64,000 nt of DNA from Escherichia phage P479: the sequence record MW269952.1; one strand, given 5' to 3'. This document shows, one piece after another, positions 36,934-44,694 of the stretch. Position numbers and translations under genes: made by a program. The notes below the pieces were generated by a model, which saw nothing but the letters and a program-made list of their open reading frames with translations, had not been told where the DNA came from and did not search any database. The first letter of the stretch is position 1. Each line of letters opens with the position of its first letter.

Positions 36934-38357
36934 AAACTATTTTATCCCAGCTACTCTTTAACAAGGAATATTTTGTTAAAGTCTGGCCATATCTGAATAA
37001 CACATATTTTGAAAAGGGTCCTGCAAAGACCCTTTTTAATACGATTAACGAACACGTAAAAGAATATCAAGCGGTACCAACTAAGACTGCACTTGATATC
37101 GCGCTCGACAGTTCTGACCTTTCTGAAGTCGAATATGAAGGCACAAAGAAACTCTTAGGAGTCCTGGCCGATACACCAGAAGACCAGGAATGGTTGGTTA
37201 AAGAAACCGAGAAGTATGTACAGAAGTCTGCGATGTTCAATGCCACATCCAGGATTATCGAAATCCAGAGTAATGCCGAACTTCCGAAAGACAAACGTGA
37301 TAAACGAATCCCGGATATTGGTGCCATCCCTGACATCATGCGCGATGCATTGTCTATCTGTTTTGACTCTGCTCTGGGCCATGACTGGTTAAACGATTAC
37401 GAAGCTCGATTCCAGACTTATCTGAACAAATCGAAGAAGGTTCCGTTCCGTATTAACATCCTGAATAAAATCACAAAGGGTGGGGTTGAGTACGGTACAG
37501 AGAATGTTTTACTGGCCGGGACGAACGTCGGCAAATCCCTTGGACTTTGTTCGTTAGCCGCTGACTATCTTCAGACTGGTCATAATGTGCTTTATATAAG
37601 CATGGAAATGGCTGAAGAAGTATGTGCCAAACGTATTGATGCCAACTTGCTGGATGTATCTCTGGATGATATTGATGAAGGTCATGTGTCATGGGCAGAA
37701 TACAAAAGTAAGATGGAAAAATGGCGCGCAGCAGGGACTCTTGGGACTCTGAAGATAAAACAATATCCAACTGGTGGTGCTCATGCGGATACCTTCCGCG
37801 CATTATTGAATGAATACAAACTGAAGCAAGGGTTTGTGCCGGATGTGATTATTGTTGACTACCTGGCAATCTGTGCAAGCTCAAGACTGAAAACGTTTAC
37901 CGAAAACAGTTACGGTCTGATTAAGATGGTTGCAGAAGAACTTCGTGGTCTGGCGGTCGAGAAAAATGTGGTCCTGTGGACTGCAGCACAGACAACCAGG
38001 GGTGCGAACGTTGCAGCTGAGATTGATATGGCTGACATTGCAGAATCCTTTGGTATTGCTCACACGGCCGACTTTATGTTGGGTGTTGTTGAGACCGAAG
38101 AATTCGCTCAAATGGGACTACAGTTAATCAAACAACTTAAGTCTCGTTATGGCGATAAGAACTACTATAATAAATTCAAGATGGGTGTTAAGAAAGGTAA
38201 TCAGCGCTGGTACGAGGTTGATGATGATTCAGCTCCTAAACAAGGCTCTACGGTTAAAGAAGCCACTGGTGAGATGAATCGCCAGGCTGAAATGAATAGA
38301 CAAACCAGGGTCAACAGGAGCGACCTGGACGACCTTGCTGCTCAAATGAAATTCTAA
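36918..38357 (+). CDS. 41: Replicative DNA helicase gp41 (DnaB-like)
   Basis: 479 aa with GTG start; Walker A GTNVGKSLGLCSLAADYLQ.GHNVLYISMEMAEEVCAKRIDAN matches T4 gp41. Confidence 0.95.
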   Translation: MVEVVETILSQLLFNKEYFVKVWPYLNNTYFEKGPAKTLFNTINEHVKEYQAVPTKTALDIALDSSDLSEVEYEGTKKLLGVLADTPEDQEWLVKETEKYVQKSAMFNATSRIIEIQSNAELPKDKRDKRIPDIGAIPDIMRDALSICFDSALGHDWLNDYEARFQTYLNKSKKVPFRINILNKITKGGVEYGTENVLLAGTNVGKSLGLCSLAADYLQTGHNVLYISMEMAEEVCAKRIDANLLDVSLDDIDEGHVSWAEYKSKMEKWRAAGTLGTLKIKQYPTGGAHADTFRALLNEYKLKQGFVPDVIIVDYLAICASSRLKTFTENSYGLIKMVAEELRGLAVEKNVVLWTAAQTTRGANVAAEIDMADIAESFGIAHTADFMLGVVETEEFAQMGLQLIKQLKSRYGDKNYYNKFKMGVKKGNQRWYEVDDDSAPKQGSTVKEATGEMNRQAEMNRQTRVNRSDLDDLAAQMKF

Positions 38358-38376
38358 AGACCTTCGGGTCTTTTTC
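38357..38376 (+). terminator. Rho-independent terminator (UUCG tetraloop)
   Basis: AAGACC-TTCG-GGTCTT followed by TTTTT. Confidence 0.7.
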
Positions 38377-38438
38377 ATTTTAGAGGTTTACATCACCATA
38401 AAAAGGGTGTACTATTATCCCATCAACTACTGATGAGG
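38369..38438 (+). promoter_or_regulatory. Early promoter cassette (PeSL), copy of 7106-7174
   Basis: About 92 percent identical over roughly 68 bp to 7106-7174 (GTTTACA..GGGTGTACTATTATCCCATCAACTACTGATGAGG). Confidence 0.65.
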
Positions 38439-38446
38439 ATAATAAA

Positions 38447-38695
38447 ATGTTATTAGTTAATGTGCATTACCAGTTCAAATCTGAAGAAGCTCTCCAAAAG
38501 TATGCTGATATTTGTGAGCATAATAAAAGAACAGCTGCCATTGTTGGTCTGAAGCCTTTTAAAATTTTGGATTGCTCCTTGAACAGAGCAAGGCGCTGGT
38601 GTAGTGTTGCCTGTCATGCTTCAGTTGAAGGGAATGATTATTTTTTCATTACTTTCAATGCACAAGATTTTCATTTAATTAATGAATTAAAATAG
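38447..38695 (+). CDS. Hypothetical protein
   Basis: 82 aa; first ORF of the 41-61 island. Confidence 0.4.
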   Translation: MLLVNVHYQFKSEEALQKYADICEHNKRTAAIVGLKPFKILDCSLNRARRWCSVACHASVEGNDYFFITFNAQDFHLINELK

Positions 38696-38750
38696 TGTAC
38701 AAGCCCCTTGTCTTAGGACATAATGATTTCATATTGAGTTACACAATAAA
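38696..38750 (+). promoter_or_regulatory. T4-type early promoter
   Basis: TGTACA 38696-38701, 17-bp spacer, CATAAT 38719-38724. Confidence 0.55.
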
Positions 38751-38773
38751 CCAACTGTTAAAAGGAAAACCAT

Positions 38774-39076
38774 ATGTTTAATCAAACCGACATGAATCGT
38801 TACTATTTTGGACAATTCGCTCGCCGTGATGAAAACTGTGCTGCTCTTATCGCATCAGGCATTCAAACTGGTAAATTAATAAAGCTCAAAAGCGATGTTC
38901 AACCTTCATCTGTTCGCAGCTCTCTTCGTGAATATCTGCTTGCAGGCGGTGAAGTATATGTTATCGCTGAACCTTTTGTTAATGTGTGCGATGATTACAC
39001 AATTAGTGTGACTGTTATGCACCCAACTACTGGGAAAATTCGTTGTCTGACTATGCACAACTATGAGTTGGCATAA
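38774..39076 (+). CDS. Hypothetical protein
   Basis: 100 aa. Confidence 0.4.
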   Translation: MFNQTDMNRYYFGQFARRDENCAALIASGIQTGKLIKLKSDVQPSSVRSSLREYLLAGGEVYVIAEPFVNVCDDYTISVTVMHPTTGKIRCLTMHNYELA

Positions 39077-39082
39077 GTGAAC

Positions 39083-39108
39083 AAAGGGGCTTACAGCCCC
39101 TTTTTCTT
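39083..39108 (+). terminator. Rho-independent terminator
   Basis: AAAGGGGC-ttaca-GCCCCTTT followed by TTC. Confidence 0.65.
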
Positions 39109-39144
39109 ATGTTATAATGACCCTATCAACTACTGGAGAATAAA

Positions 39145-39462
39145 ATGAAAACCATTGATTGCAAGGCAGAATACAAAGTTTATTATCATGGGTCAAGCTC
39201 TAATGCTGGAATCCAAAATATGCTTTGTCCTCCTGATGCAACTGGTGTTCTGTCAGAAGTTGGGCGTAAGAAAAATTTAGGGCGTGTGTTTTTTACTGAA
39301 GATATTGGTTTGGCGCGTATCTATGCAGGAAGAGCAGCTCGCTCATATGGAGGAGAACCCCGTCTTTATCGTGTGATTGCACCTGTTGACGTGGTTTGTT
39401 TAAATGATACTAAAGGCGCAACAGTTTATCATGCTGCCTGGGCGTTTTGTGAGGAAATCTAA
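39145..39462 (+). CDS. Hypothetical protein with H-G-S motif (possible minimal NAD-utilising/ART-like fold)
   Basis: 105 aa; YYHGSSSNAGIQNML...GRVFFTEDIGLARIYAG is reminiscent of H-G-S ... aromatic signatures of H-Y-E ADP-ribosyltransferases or Tpt1; speculative. Confidence 0.35.
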   Translation: MKTIDCKAEYKVYYHGSSSNAGIQNMLCPPDATGVLSEVGRKKNLGRVFFTEDIGLARIYAGRAARSYGGEPRLYRVIAPVDVVCLNDTKGATVYHAAWAFCEEI

Positions 39463-39666
39463 ATGTATAAATTAGAGAACGTAGTGTTTATTGGTTGGTT
39501 TGAAAATGGCAATATGTTTACCAAAGAAACTGCGCTGGATGTCAGTGACAAAAATATGATTGAATGGGTTACAGTGCAGTATGCAGAAGTGAATAATGCG
39601 CTGGTTAAAGCCTTTGTTAATGATAATAAAGTTTTTGAATATGATTATCGTTCTAACGAAAAATAA
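39463..39666 (+). CDS. Hypothetical protein
   Basis: 67 aa. Confidence 0.35.
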   Translation: MYKLENVVFIGWFENGNMFTKETALDVSDKNMIEWVTVQYAEVNNALVKAFVNDNKVFEYDYRSNEK

Positions 39667-39726
39667 CAGTTTACATCAAAGGGATAATGCTGTATATTAT
39701 CCCTATCAACTACTGAGGAGATTGAA

Positions 39727-40020
39727 ATGAAAAAGTTATTAATCGCAGCAATTCTTACCGTAGCATCATGTGGTACAGCTCCAGTTACTGCTGGACTTGA
39801 TAAAGACCTTTGTGAGTGGTCTATGACCGCCGACCAGACTGATGTTGAACATCAGATTTATGCTGATATCATGAACATTACTAAACGTGACCGTCCAGAT
39901 ATGGTTAAAGAAGTATCTGACCAACTGGCTTCTGGTGACGTTATGCAGTATAACTATGTTCTGTATTGCGATGCTTCATTTGACAACAGCAAGATTGTTC
40001 AATGGGTTACAGGTGAATAA
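39727..40020 (+). CDS. Predicted lipoprotein
   Basis: 97 aa; signal peptide with lipobox TVASC; AGGAG Shine-Dalgarno. Confidence 0.5.
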   Translation: MKKLLIAAILTVASCGTAPVTAGLDKDLCEWSMTADQTDVEHQIYADIMNITKRDRPDMVKEVSDQLASGDVMQYNYVLYCDASFDNSKIVQWVTGE

Positions 40021-40021
40021 A

Positions 40022-40459
40022 ATGATTAACAGAACTTTAGTTATCAAAAAACTTCGTTGTAAAAATCAAAATGCACAAGCATACAGGATGTTTTGGAGCG
40101 ACGAAATTCAATACCTGGGTTATTTTCTTGTTGATAGTGATAATAGAATTACGTTTGCTCATAAACTTCTTAACAAAGAATTAAACCATTGGCAAGAACT
40201 TATTGCGGTCAAGTCTAAATTATTTTCGCGCAATACAATGCACCAATTGGTTTATTTTTTCGCTGACGGTATTCCCGACAAGGTTGAGTTTGACGGGTTT
40301 GAATTTAAAGACATCAACCCTGATAATGAATTGAATGGCAGTATTGTTAATATGGGTATCCCAGGTAAGTACATCAAAAACAGTCTTTTGAAACTTCTGG
40401 AAACCCCTGTTTATTCAGTTGATGACCAGATTTTTAATGCCTTCATGAAGCGAGATTAG
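40022..40459 (+). CDS. Hypothetical protein (C-terminal DDQIFNAFMKR tag)
   Basis: 146 aa from ATG 40022; 3' end carries a 36-bp direct repeat shared with the next gene. Confidence 0.4.
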   Translation: MINRTLVIKKLRCKNQNAQAYRMFWSDEIQYLGYFLVDSDNRITFAHKLLNKELNHWQELIAVKSKLFSRNTMHQLVYFFADGIPDKVEFDGFEFKDINPDNELNGSIVNMGIPGKYIKNSLLKLLETPVYSVDDQIFNAFMKRD

Positions 40460-40460
40460 T

Positions 40461-40817
40461 ATGAGTTATTATAATTTTCTGAATTTTGAACTGGCGAGCA
40501 ATAATGATGGTAATGCCCATTATGAATTCCGTGAGCCTCGGTTTAATCAGGCGATTGGTTATATTATCGTCAAAGATGATGTTATCATAAAGGCTCGCTC
40601 ATTCATGGTAATGAATGGACCTTATGAAGATACTCGCGGCTATCCATTTGATAAAAAGAATGTGCGCGATTGTGCAGCATGGATAACCGGAAACCCTGAA
40701 ATTGGGGTCATGATATCTACTGAAGCGAATGACATTCTGGAAGGGGTCGTCAAAGCTCAAGAACCGCCTACTGATATTGATGACCAGATTTTTAATGCCT
40801 TCATGAAGCGAGGTTGA
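40461..40817 (+). CDS. Hypothetical protein (C-terminal DDQIFNAFMKR tag)
   Basis: 118 aa; last 11 codons are a near-exact DNA repeat of the previous gene's 3' end. Confidence 0.4.
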   Translation: MSYYNFLNFELASNNDGNAHYEFREPRFNQAIGYIIVKDDVIIKARSFMVMNGPYEDTRGYPFDKKNVRDCAAWITGNPEIGVMISTEANDILEGVVKAQEPPTDIDDQIFNAFMKRG

Positions 40818-40818
40818 T

Positions 40819-41040
40819 ATGTATGTTTTGACCCAATTCTCTAAAGCAATATATAGTTACTCTTGCCAGTGGGAAGTCTTTATTGATACCCCTTCGCCTA
40901 AGTATGGTGTTTTTGGGCGAGTAACTACGCAAGCTTACGTTGCGCGACCGACTAAACGTCAGATTCGTAAACTTAAAAAGGCACATCGTCAATTGATTAA
41001 AAGAAGGGAACAATATGAGTGCAATGTGTACGGGCTCTAA
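40819..41040 (+). CDS. Hypothetical basic protein
   Basis: 73 aa. Confidence 0.35.
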   Translation: MYVLTQFSKAIYSYSCQWEVFIDTPSPKYGVFGRVTTQAYVARPTKRQIRKLKKAHRQLIKRREQYECNVYGL

Positions 41041-41206
41041 GATTTCTGTCTTCCAGATTTTTGAAGAATATGAAATCGTGTCGCAAGACCAAGAAGCAAT
41101 CCATGTTATCGCTGATGATGGGGTTACCTGGATTATTCCGTTGTATCATGAAGACACTTATGAAGTGACTGATGCAAATGGTGATAAAGCTATCTTCGTT
41201 GTATAA
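41015..41206 (+). CDS. Hypothetical acidic protein
   Basis: 63 aa. Confidence 0.35.
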   Translation: MSAMCTGSKISVFQIFEEYEIVSQDQEAIHVIADDGVTWIIPLYHEDTYEVTDANGDKAIFVV

Positions 41207-41209
41207 ATA
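41202..41209 (+). promoter_or_regulatory. T4 late promoter (TATAAATA)
   Basis: Exact TATAAATA 17 bp upstream of ATG 41226, with AAGGGGG Shine-Dalgarno between. Confidence 0.6.
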
Positions 41210-41225
41210 GCGGAAAGGGGGTGTT

Positions 41226-41393
41226 ATGAAAACATTCAAAGATTTTATCAACGAAAATATGGTTGCCGGTGATGCAGGTGGAAACCCAACTAATATCGCA
41301 ACAGGTACCACTTCCGGGGCAGTTGTCAATAAAGGCCCTGAACAAATCCCATCAAAAAAGCGTAAGAACAAAGACGATAAACCTACAGTATAA
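41226..41393 (+). CDS. Small internal-protein-like peptide with capsid-targeting sequence
   Basis: 55 aa, below ORF-track cutoff; N-terminus MKTFKDFINE parallels the IP CTS MKTYQEFI(A/T)E with I-x-E cleavage motif; basic C-terminus SKKRKNKDDK. Confidence 0.5.
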   Translation: MKTFKDFINENMVAGDAGGNPTNIATGTTSGAVVNKGPEQIPSKKRKNKDDKPTV

Positions 41394-41425
41394 TGGTCCT
41401 TCGGGGCCATTGAAATGAGGAAACT

Positions 41426-42454
41426 ATGTCATATATTGATAAAGAATTTGCAGTCAGAGCTTTATCGTATCAACCACGTTATAGAGAAGTCACCGGGAGC
41501 ACATTTAAAGCAAACTGTCGTTGCAAGGTTTGTGGGGACTCCCAGAAAGATTCACACAAGGCTCGATTCTGGGCGTATACTAATCCGGCTGATGGCGCGG
41601 TTTACGTGAAATGTTTTAACTGTGACTACTCCACGCATATAAGCAAATACATAAAAGAGTTTGAGCCTGATTTACACCGGGAATATATGGTTGAGAAGTA
41701 CAAGGAGAACGCCTTCGGGCGACAACGTAATGAAGTTGCAGAAGCTCCGAAAGAACCAGAAAAAACTCCGGTTATCGAACAGCTTGCTTTTTGTGAAAGA
41801 CTCGATACTTTACCAGAAGCACATCCGATAGTTAAGTATGTAAAAAGTCGATGTATTCCAAGCAATGTTTGGAACCGACTATGGTTTACAAACCAATGGC
41901 CTGCATTAGTTAACTCCGTTAATCCTGGGACGTATAAGAATGAAACGAATGAACCACGCTTGGTTATTCCTATCTTCAACGGCAAAAAAGAAATCGAATC
42001 TTTCCAAGGACGAGCTCTTCGCAAAGATGCACCACAAAAATATATCACAATCAAAGCTCACCCAGAAGCTTCCAAAGTCTATGGCGTAGACAAGATTGAT
42101 GAGCGTAAACGCGTATGGGTAATGGAAGGTCCGATTGATAGTTTGTTTATCCCTAACAGCATTGCGATAACTGGTGGAACATTGTCATTGGAAGCCGTTC
42201 CTTATCCAGAAACCAGAGTATGGGTAATGGACAACGAACCAAGACATCCGGATACGATTAAACGTATGAAGAAGCTCGTTGAAGCTGGCGAAGCTGTTAT
42301 GTTCTGGGACAATGCACCATGGCATACGAAAGACATAAATGAGATGGTTAAATCAGAAGGAGCAACCCCTGAACAAATCGAATCATATATGGCCGATAAC
42401 GTTGCTCAAGGATTGATGGCGAGAATGCGACTTTCGAAGTACGCAAAAGTTTAG
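41426..42454 (+). CDS. 61: DNA primase gp61
   Basis: 342 aa; N-terminal zinc ribbon (CRCKVCGDS...CFNCDYS) and TOPRIM region (VMEGPIDS); matches T4 gp61 length. Confidence 0.9.
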   Translation: MSYIDKEFAVRALSYQPRYREVTGSTFKANCRCKVCGDSQKDSHKARFWAYTNPADGAVYVKCFNCDYSTHISKYIKEFEPDLHREYMVEKYKENAFGRQRNEVAEAPKEPEKTPVIEQLAFCERLDTLPEAHPIVKYVKSRCIPSNVWNRLWFTNQWPALVNSVNPGTYKNETNEPRLVIPIFNGKKEIESFQGRALRKDAPQKYITIKAHPEASKVYGVDKIDERKRVWVMEGPIDSLFIPNSIAITGGTLSLEAVPYPETRVWVMDNEPRHPDTIKRMKKLVEAGEAVMFWDNAPWHTKDINEMVKSEGATPEQIESYMADNVAQGLMARMRLSKYAKV

Positions 42455-42651
42455 GAAGGGATTCCGGTAAAGTAACCGATGATGGAATGGATATGTTCCA
42501 TTGTGACCTGGAGTAAGTGTACCCCTTGTGTTGCAGCGATAGGCACAACCAGTAAGTTCCACAGGAAAACATCAAGAGCTAAAAAGCCCATGATGAGCTT
42601 CTTGTCTTTCTTACTGGTTAATTTCCAAATCTGATAGAATAATGTTCCCAT
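42451..42651 (-). CDS. Hypothetical small membrane protein (paralogue B)
   Basis: 66 aa; AGGTGGA Shine-Dalgarno 8 nt after paralogue A stop; shares LWN(F/L)(I/L)V.P(V/I)A...GV motif with A. Confidence 0.5.
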   Translation of the reverse strand: MGTLFYQIWKLTSKKDKKLIMGFLALDVFLWNLLVVPIAATQGVHLLQVTMEHIHSIIGYFTGIPS

Positions 42652-42659
42652 AGTTCCAC

Positions 42660-42857
42660 CTATATAAGGCCGATTAATGCCAGTGAAACATCTACAACTG
42701 ATTCGAGCGCGACGACTGGTAATATAACACCATGTGCCATTGCAACTGGAGCAACAATGAAGTTCCAGAGTAGAACTAAACAGAGTACCGAAAGGACCAG
42801 AATCGTTCGCTTACGACTGCCTTTGATGGCTTGAATTAGACTAGATAGTTTTAGCAT
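42660..42857 (-). CDS. Hypothetical small membrane protein (paralogue A)
   Basis: 65 aa; AAGGGGGA Shine-Dalgarno; late-promoter-like CATAAATA upstream on the minus strand; one transmembrane helix. Confidence 0.5.
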   Translation of the reverse strand: MLKLSSLIQAIKGSRKRTILVLSVLCLVLLWNFIVAPVAMAHGVILPVVALESVVDVSLALIGLI

Positions 42858-42941
42858 ACATCCCCCTTTCTTGTATTTATGCTTTAAACCAATACGATAT
42901 AATTAACATACAAACAACATGAATTGATAAGGAAAAATATA

Positions 42942-43457
42942 ATGGCTCATTTTAATGAATGTTCTCAACTGATTGCTGGTGTTGATAAAGCTCAGGGCGC
43001 TTATGATAATGCAATTTTTGAAGGCACTGACCCACTGCAAGTTATGCTTGATATGCAGAAATCATTGCAGGTTCGTCTGGCTAATGACCGTGATTATTGC
43101 TACCATCCAGATAAATTAGCGACTGCTGGTGATGTTGTTGCTTGGATGCGCGAACAAAAAGACTGCATTGACGATGAATTCCGTGAACTGATTACTTCAT
43201 TGGGTGAAATGTCTAAAGGTGAAAAAGATGCATCTGCTGTCTGGAAAAAATGGAAGGCTCGTTATACTGAAGCGCAAGCTAAACCAATTTCAGAAATGTC
43301 CCCAGAAGACCAGCTTGAAATTAAATTTGAATTAATTGATATCATGCATTTCGTATTCAATATGGCTATTGGTTTGAATATGTCTGCGGAAGAATTGTTC
43401 AAACTGTATTATCTGAAAAATGCCGAGAACTTTGCGAGACAGGACCGTGGCTATTAA
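42942..43457 (+). CDS. 56: dCTP pyrophosphatase gp56 (MazG-like)
   Basis: 171 aa from ATG 42942; MAHFNEC...DPLQVMLDMQ...YCYHPDKL.TAGDVV.WMREQKDCIDDEFREL.TSLGEMS.GEK.ASAVWKKWKARY nearly identical to T4 gp56. Confidence 0.9.
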   Translation: MAHFNECSQLIAGVDKAQGAYDNAIFEGTDPLQVMLDMQKSLQVRLANDRDYCYHPDKLATAGDVVAWMREQKDCIDDEFRELITSLGEMSKGEKDASAVWKKWKARYTEAQAKPISEMSPEDQLEIKFELIDIMHFVFNMAIGLNMSAEELFKLYYLKNAENFARQDRGY

Positions 43458-44103
43458 GGCAAGATTTCATAGGACGTATATAATTAAAGTTAAAACGCCG
43501 AAAGGCGTTTTTTGGTATGGTGGTAAACACGAAACCAATGTACTAGACCCATATAAAGACCGATATTCAGGCTCCGGAAAAATACTCTGGAACATATATA
43601 AAAAGTATGGAGTCAAATATCAAATTCGCTGGTTTGTTGGTCACCAGAATAGGGAAATGGCGTTTGAACATGAAAGATATCTAATATCATTATTAAATTC
43701 TAAACATGGTTCAAACTGTATTAATATTTTACCTGGTGGGCAGGGCGGAGGCGGATATGAATGGACTGATGAAATGAAGTTGGCCCAAACACTACGTTTA
43801 AATAAGCCCGAAACTAAAGCTAAAATGAAAAGCGCCCAATGTGTTGCTCAAAATCGCCCTGAACGCAAATCCAGACAATCAAAAGCAATGAGCGAGTTTT
43901 ATGCAAATGGTGGAAATAAAATCGTATCAGAAGCCACATCTAAAGCGCAAAGAACTGCAGCTCATTGGCATGAACCATTGAAAAGTGAAATCTATCAGAT
44001 TTGGCTTTCATTAGGTAAACCCGGTGGAGCTTCTGCTGTGGTTAAAGCACTTAAGGGAAAATACGAAACAACCCCCAGCGCACTTAAACTTTTAATATAT
44101 TAA
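43420..44103 (+). CDS. segF: GIY-YIG-like homing endonuclease (SegF-like by position)
   Basis: About 227 aa; YIIKV...VFWYGGKH, HERYLISLL and NILPGG resemble GIY-YIG elements; between gene 56 and soc as T4 segF; start uncertain, overlaps gene 56 end. Confidence 0.5.
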   Translation: MPRTLRDRTVAIKARFHRTYIIKVKTPKGVFWYGGKHETNVLDPYKDRYSGSGKILWNIYKKYGVKYQIRWFVGHQNREMAFEHERYLISLLNSKHGSNCINILPGGQGGGGYEWTDEMKLAQTLRLNKPETKAKMKSAQCVAQNRPERKSRQSKAMSEFYANGGNKIVSEATSKAQRTAAHWHEPLKSEIYQIWLSLGKPGGASAVVKALKGKYETTPSALKLLIY

Positions 44104-44117
44104 TTTAGAGGCATTTA

Positions 44118-44345
44118 ATGAAAAATAAATTACGCTTGGTTATAGACGCAGAAATTGATGAAAACATAAATTATGATTTTCAGCAAGTCACAATTGAAAA
44201 TTTTAAATCATCTCTTATGCGCACTGGATATGAAGTCAAGGAACACGAAGGTGTATTGTCCTTTATCAAAGATGCGAAAGCAACTATTGACTTTAGCGTT
44301 AGTTTAAATGGGGTTGAAGAAAAAGAAACATTTAAAATGTATTGA
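44118..44345 (+). CDS. Hypothetical protein
   Basis: 75 aa. Confidence 0.35.
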   Translation: MKNKLRLVIDAEIDENINYDFQQVTIENFKSSLMRTGYEVKEHEGVLSFIKDAKATIDFSVSLNGVEEKETFKMY

Positions 44346-44353
44346 TATAAATA
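44346..44353 (+). promoter_or_regulatory. T4 late promoter (TATAAATA)
   Basis: Exact TATAAATA 32 bp upstream of the soc start; AAGGAG Shine-Dalgarno. Confidence 0.7.
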
Positions 44354-44384
44354 CACCTGTAATTAAACAACAAAGGAGTTAATT

Positions 44385-44618
44385 ATGGGTGGTTTCGTTA
44401 ATATCAAAACCTTTACGCATCCAGCTGGTGAAGGTAAAGAAGTTAAAGGTGTTGAAGTATCAGTTCCGTTTGAAATCTATTCGAACGAGCACCGTATTGC
44501 GGATGCACACTATCAGACTTTCCCTTCGGCCGTTGCAGCCTATACTACTGTAGTGACTGATGCAGCCGATTGGCGAACTAAGAACGCGGCGATGTTTACG
44601 CCTACCCCAGTAGTTTAA
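44385..44618 (+). CDS. soc: Small outer capsid protein Soc
   Basis: 77 aa; VNIKTF, AHYQTFPS and AAY motifs match T4 Soc; late promoter upstream. Confidence 0.85.
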   Translation: MGGFVNIKTFTHPAGEGKEVKGVEVSVPFEIYSNEHRIADAHYQTFPSAVAAYTTVVTDAADWRTKNAAMFTPTPVV

Positions 44619-44622
44619 TTAT

Positions 44623-44647
44623 AGGGAACCTTCGGGTTCCCTTTTTG
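44623..44647 (+). terminator. Rho-independent terminator (UUCG tetraloop)
   Basis: AGGGAACC-TTCG-GGTTCCCT followed by TTTTT. Confidence 0.75.
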
Positions 44648-44694
44648 CTTTTAATAGAGATGGTATAATTATCTCAACTACAGAGGAGAATACT

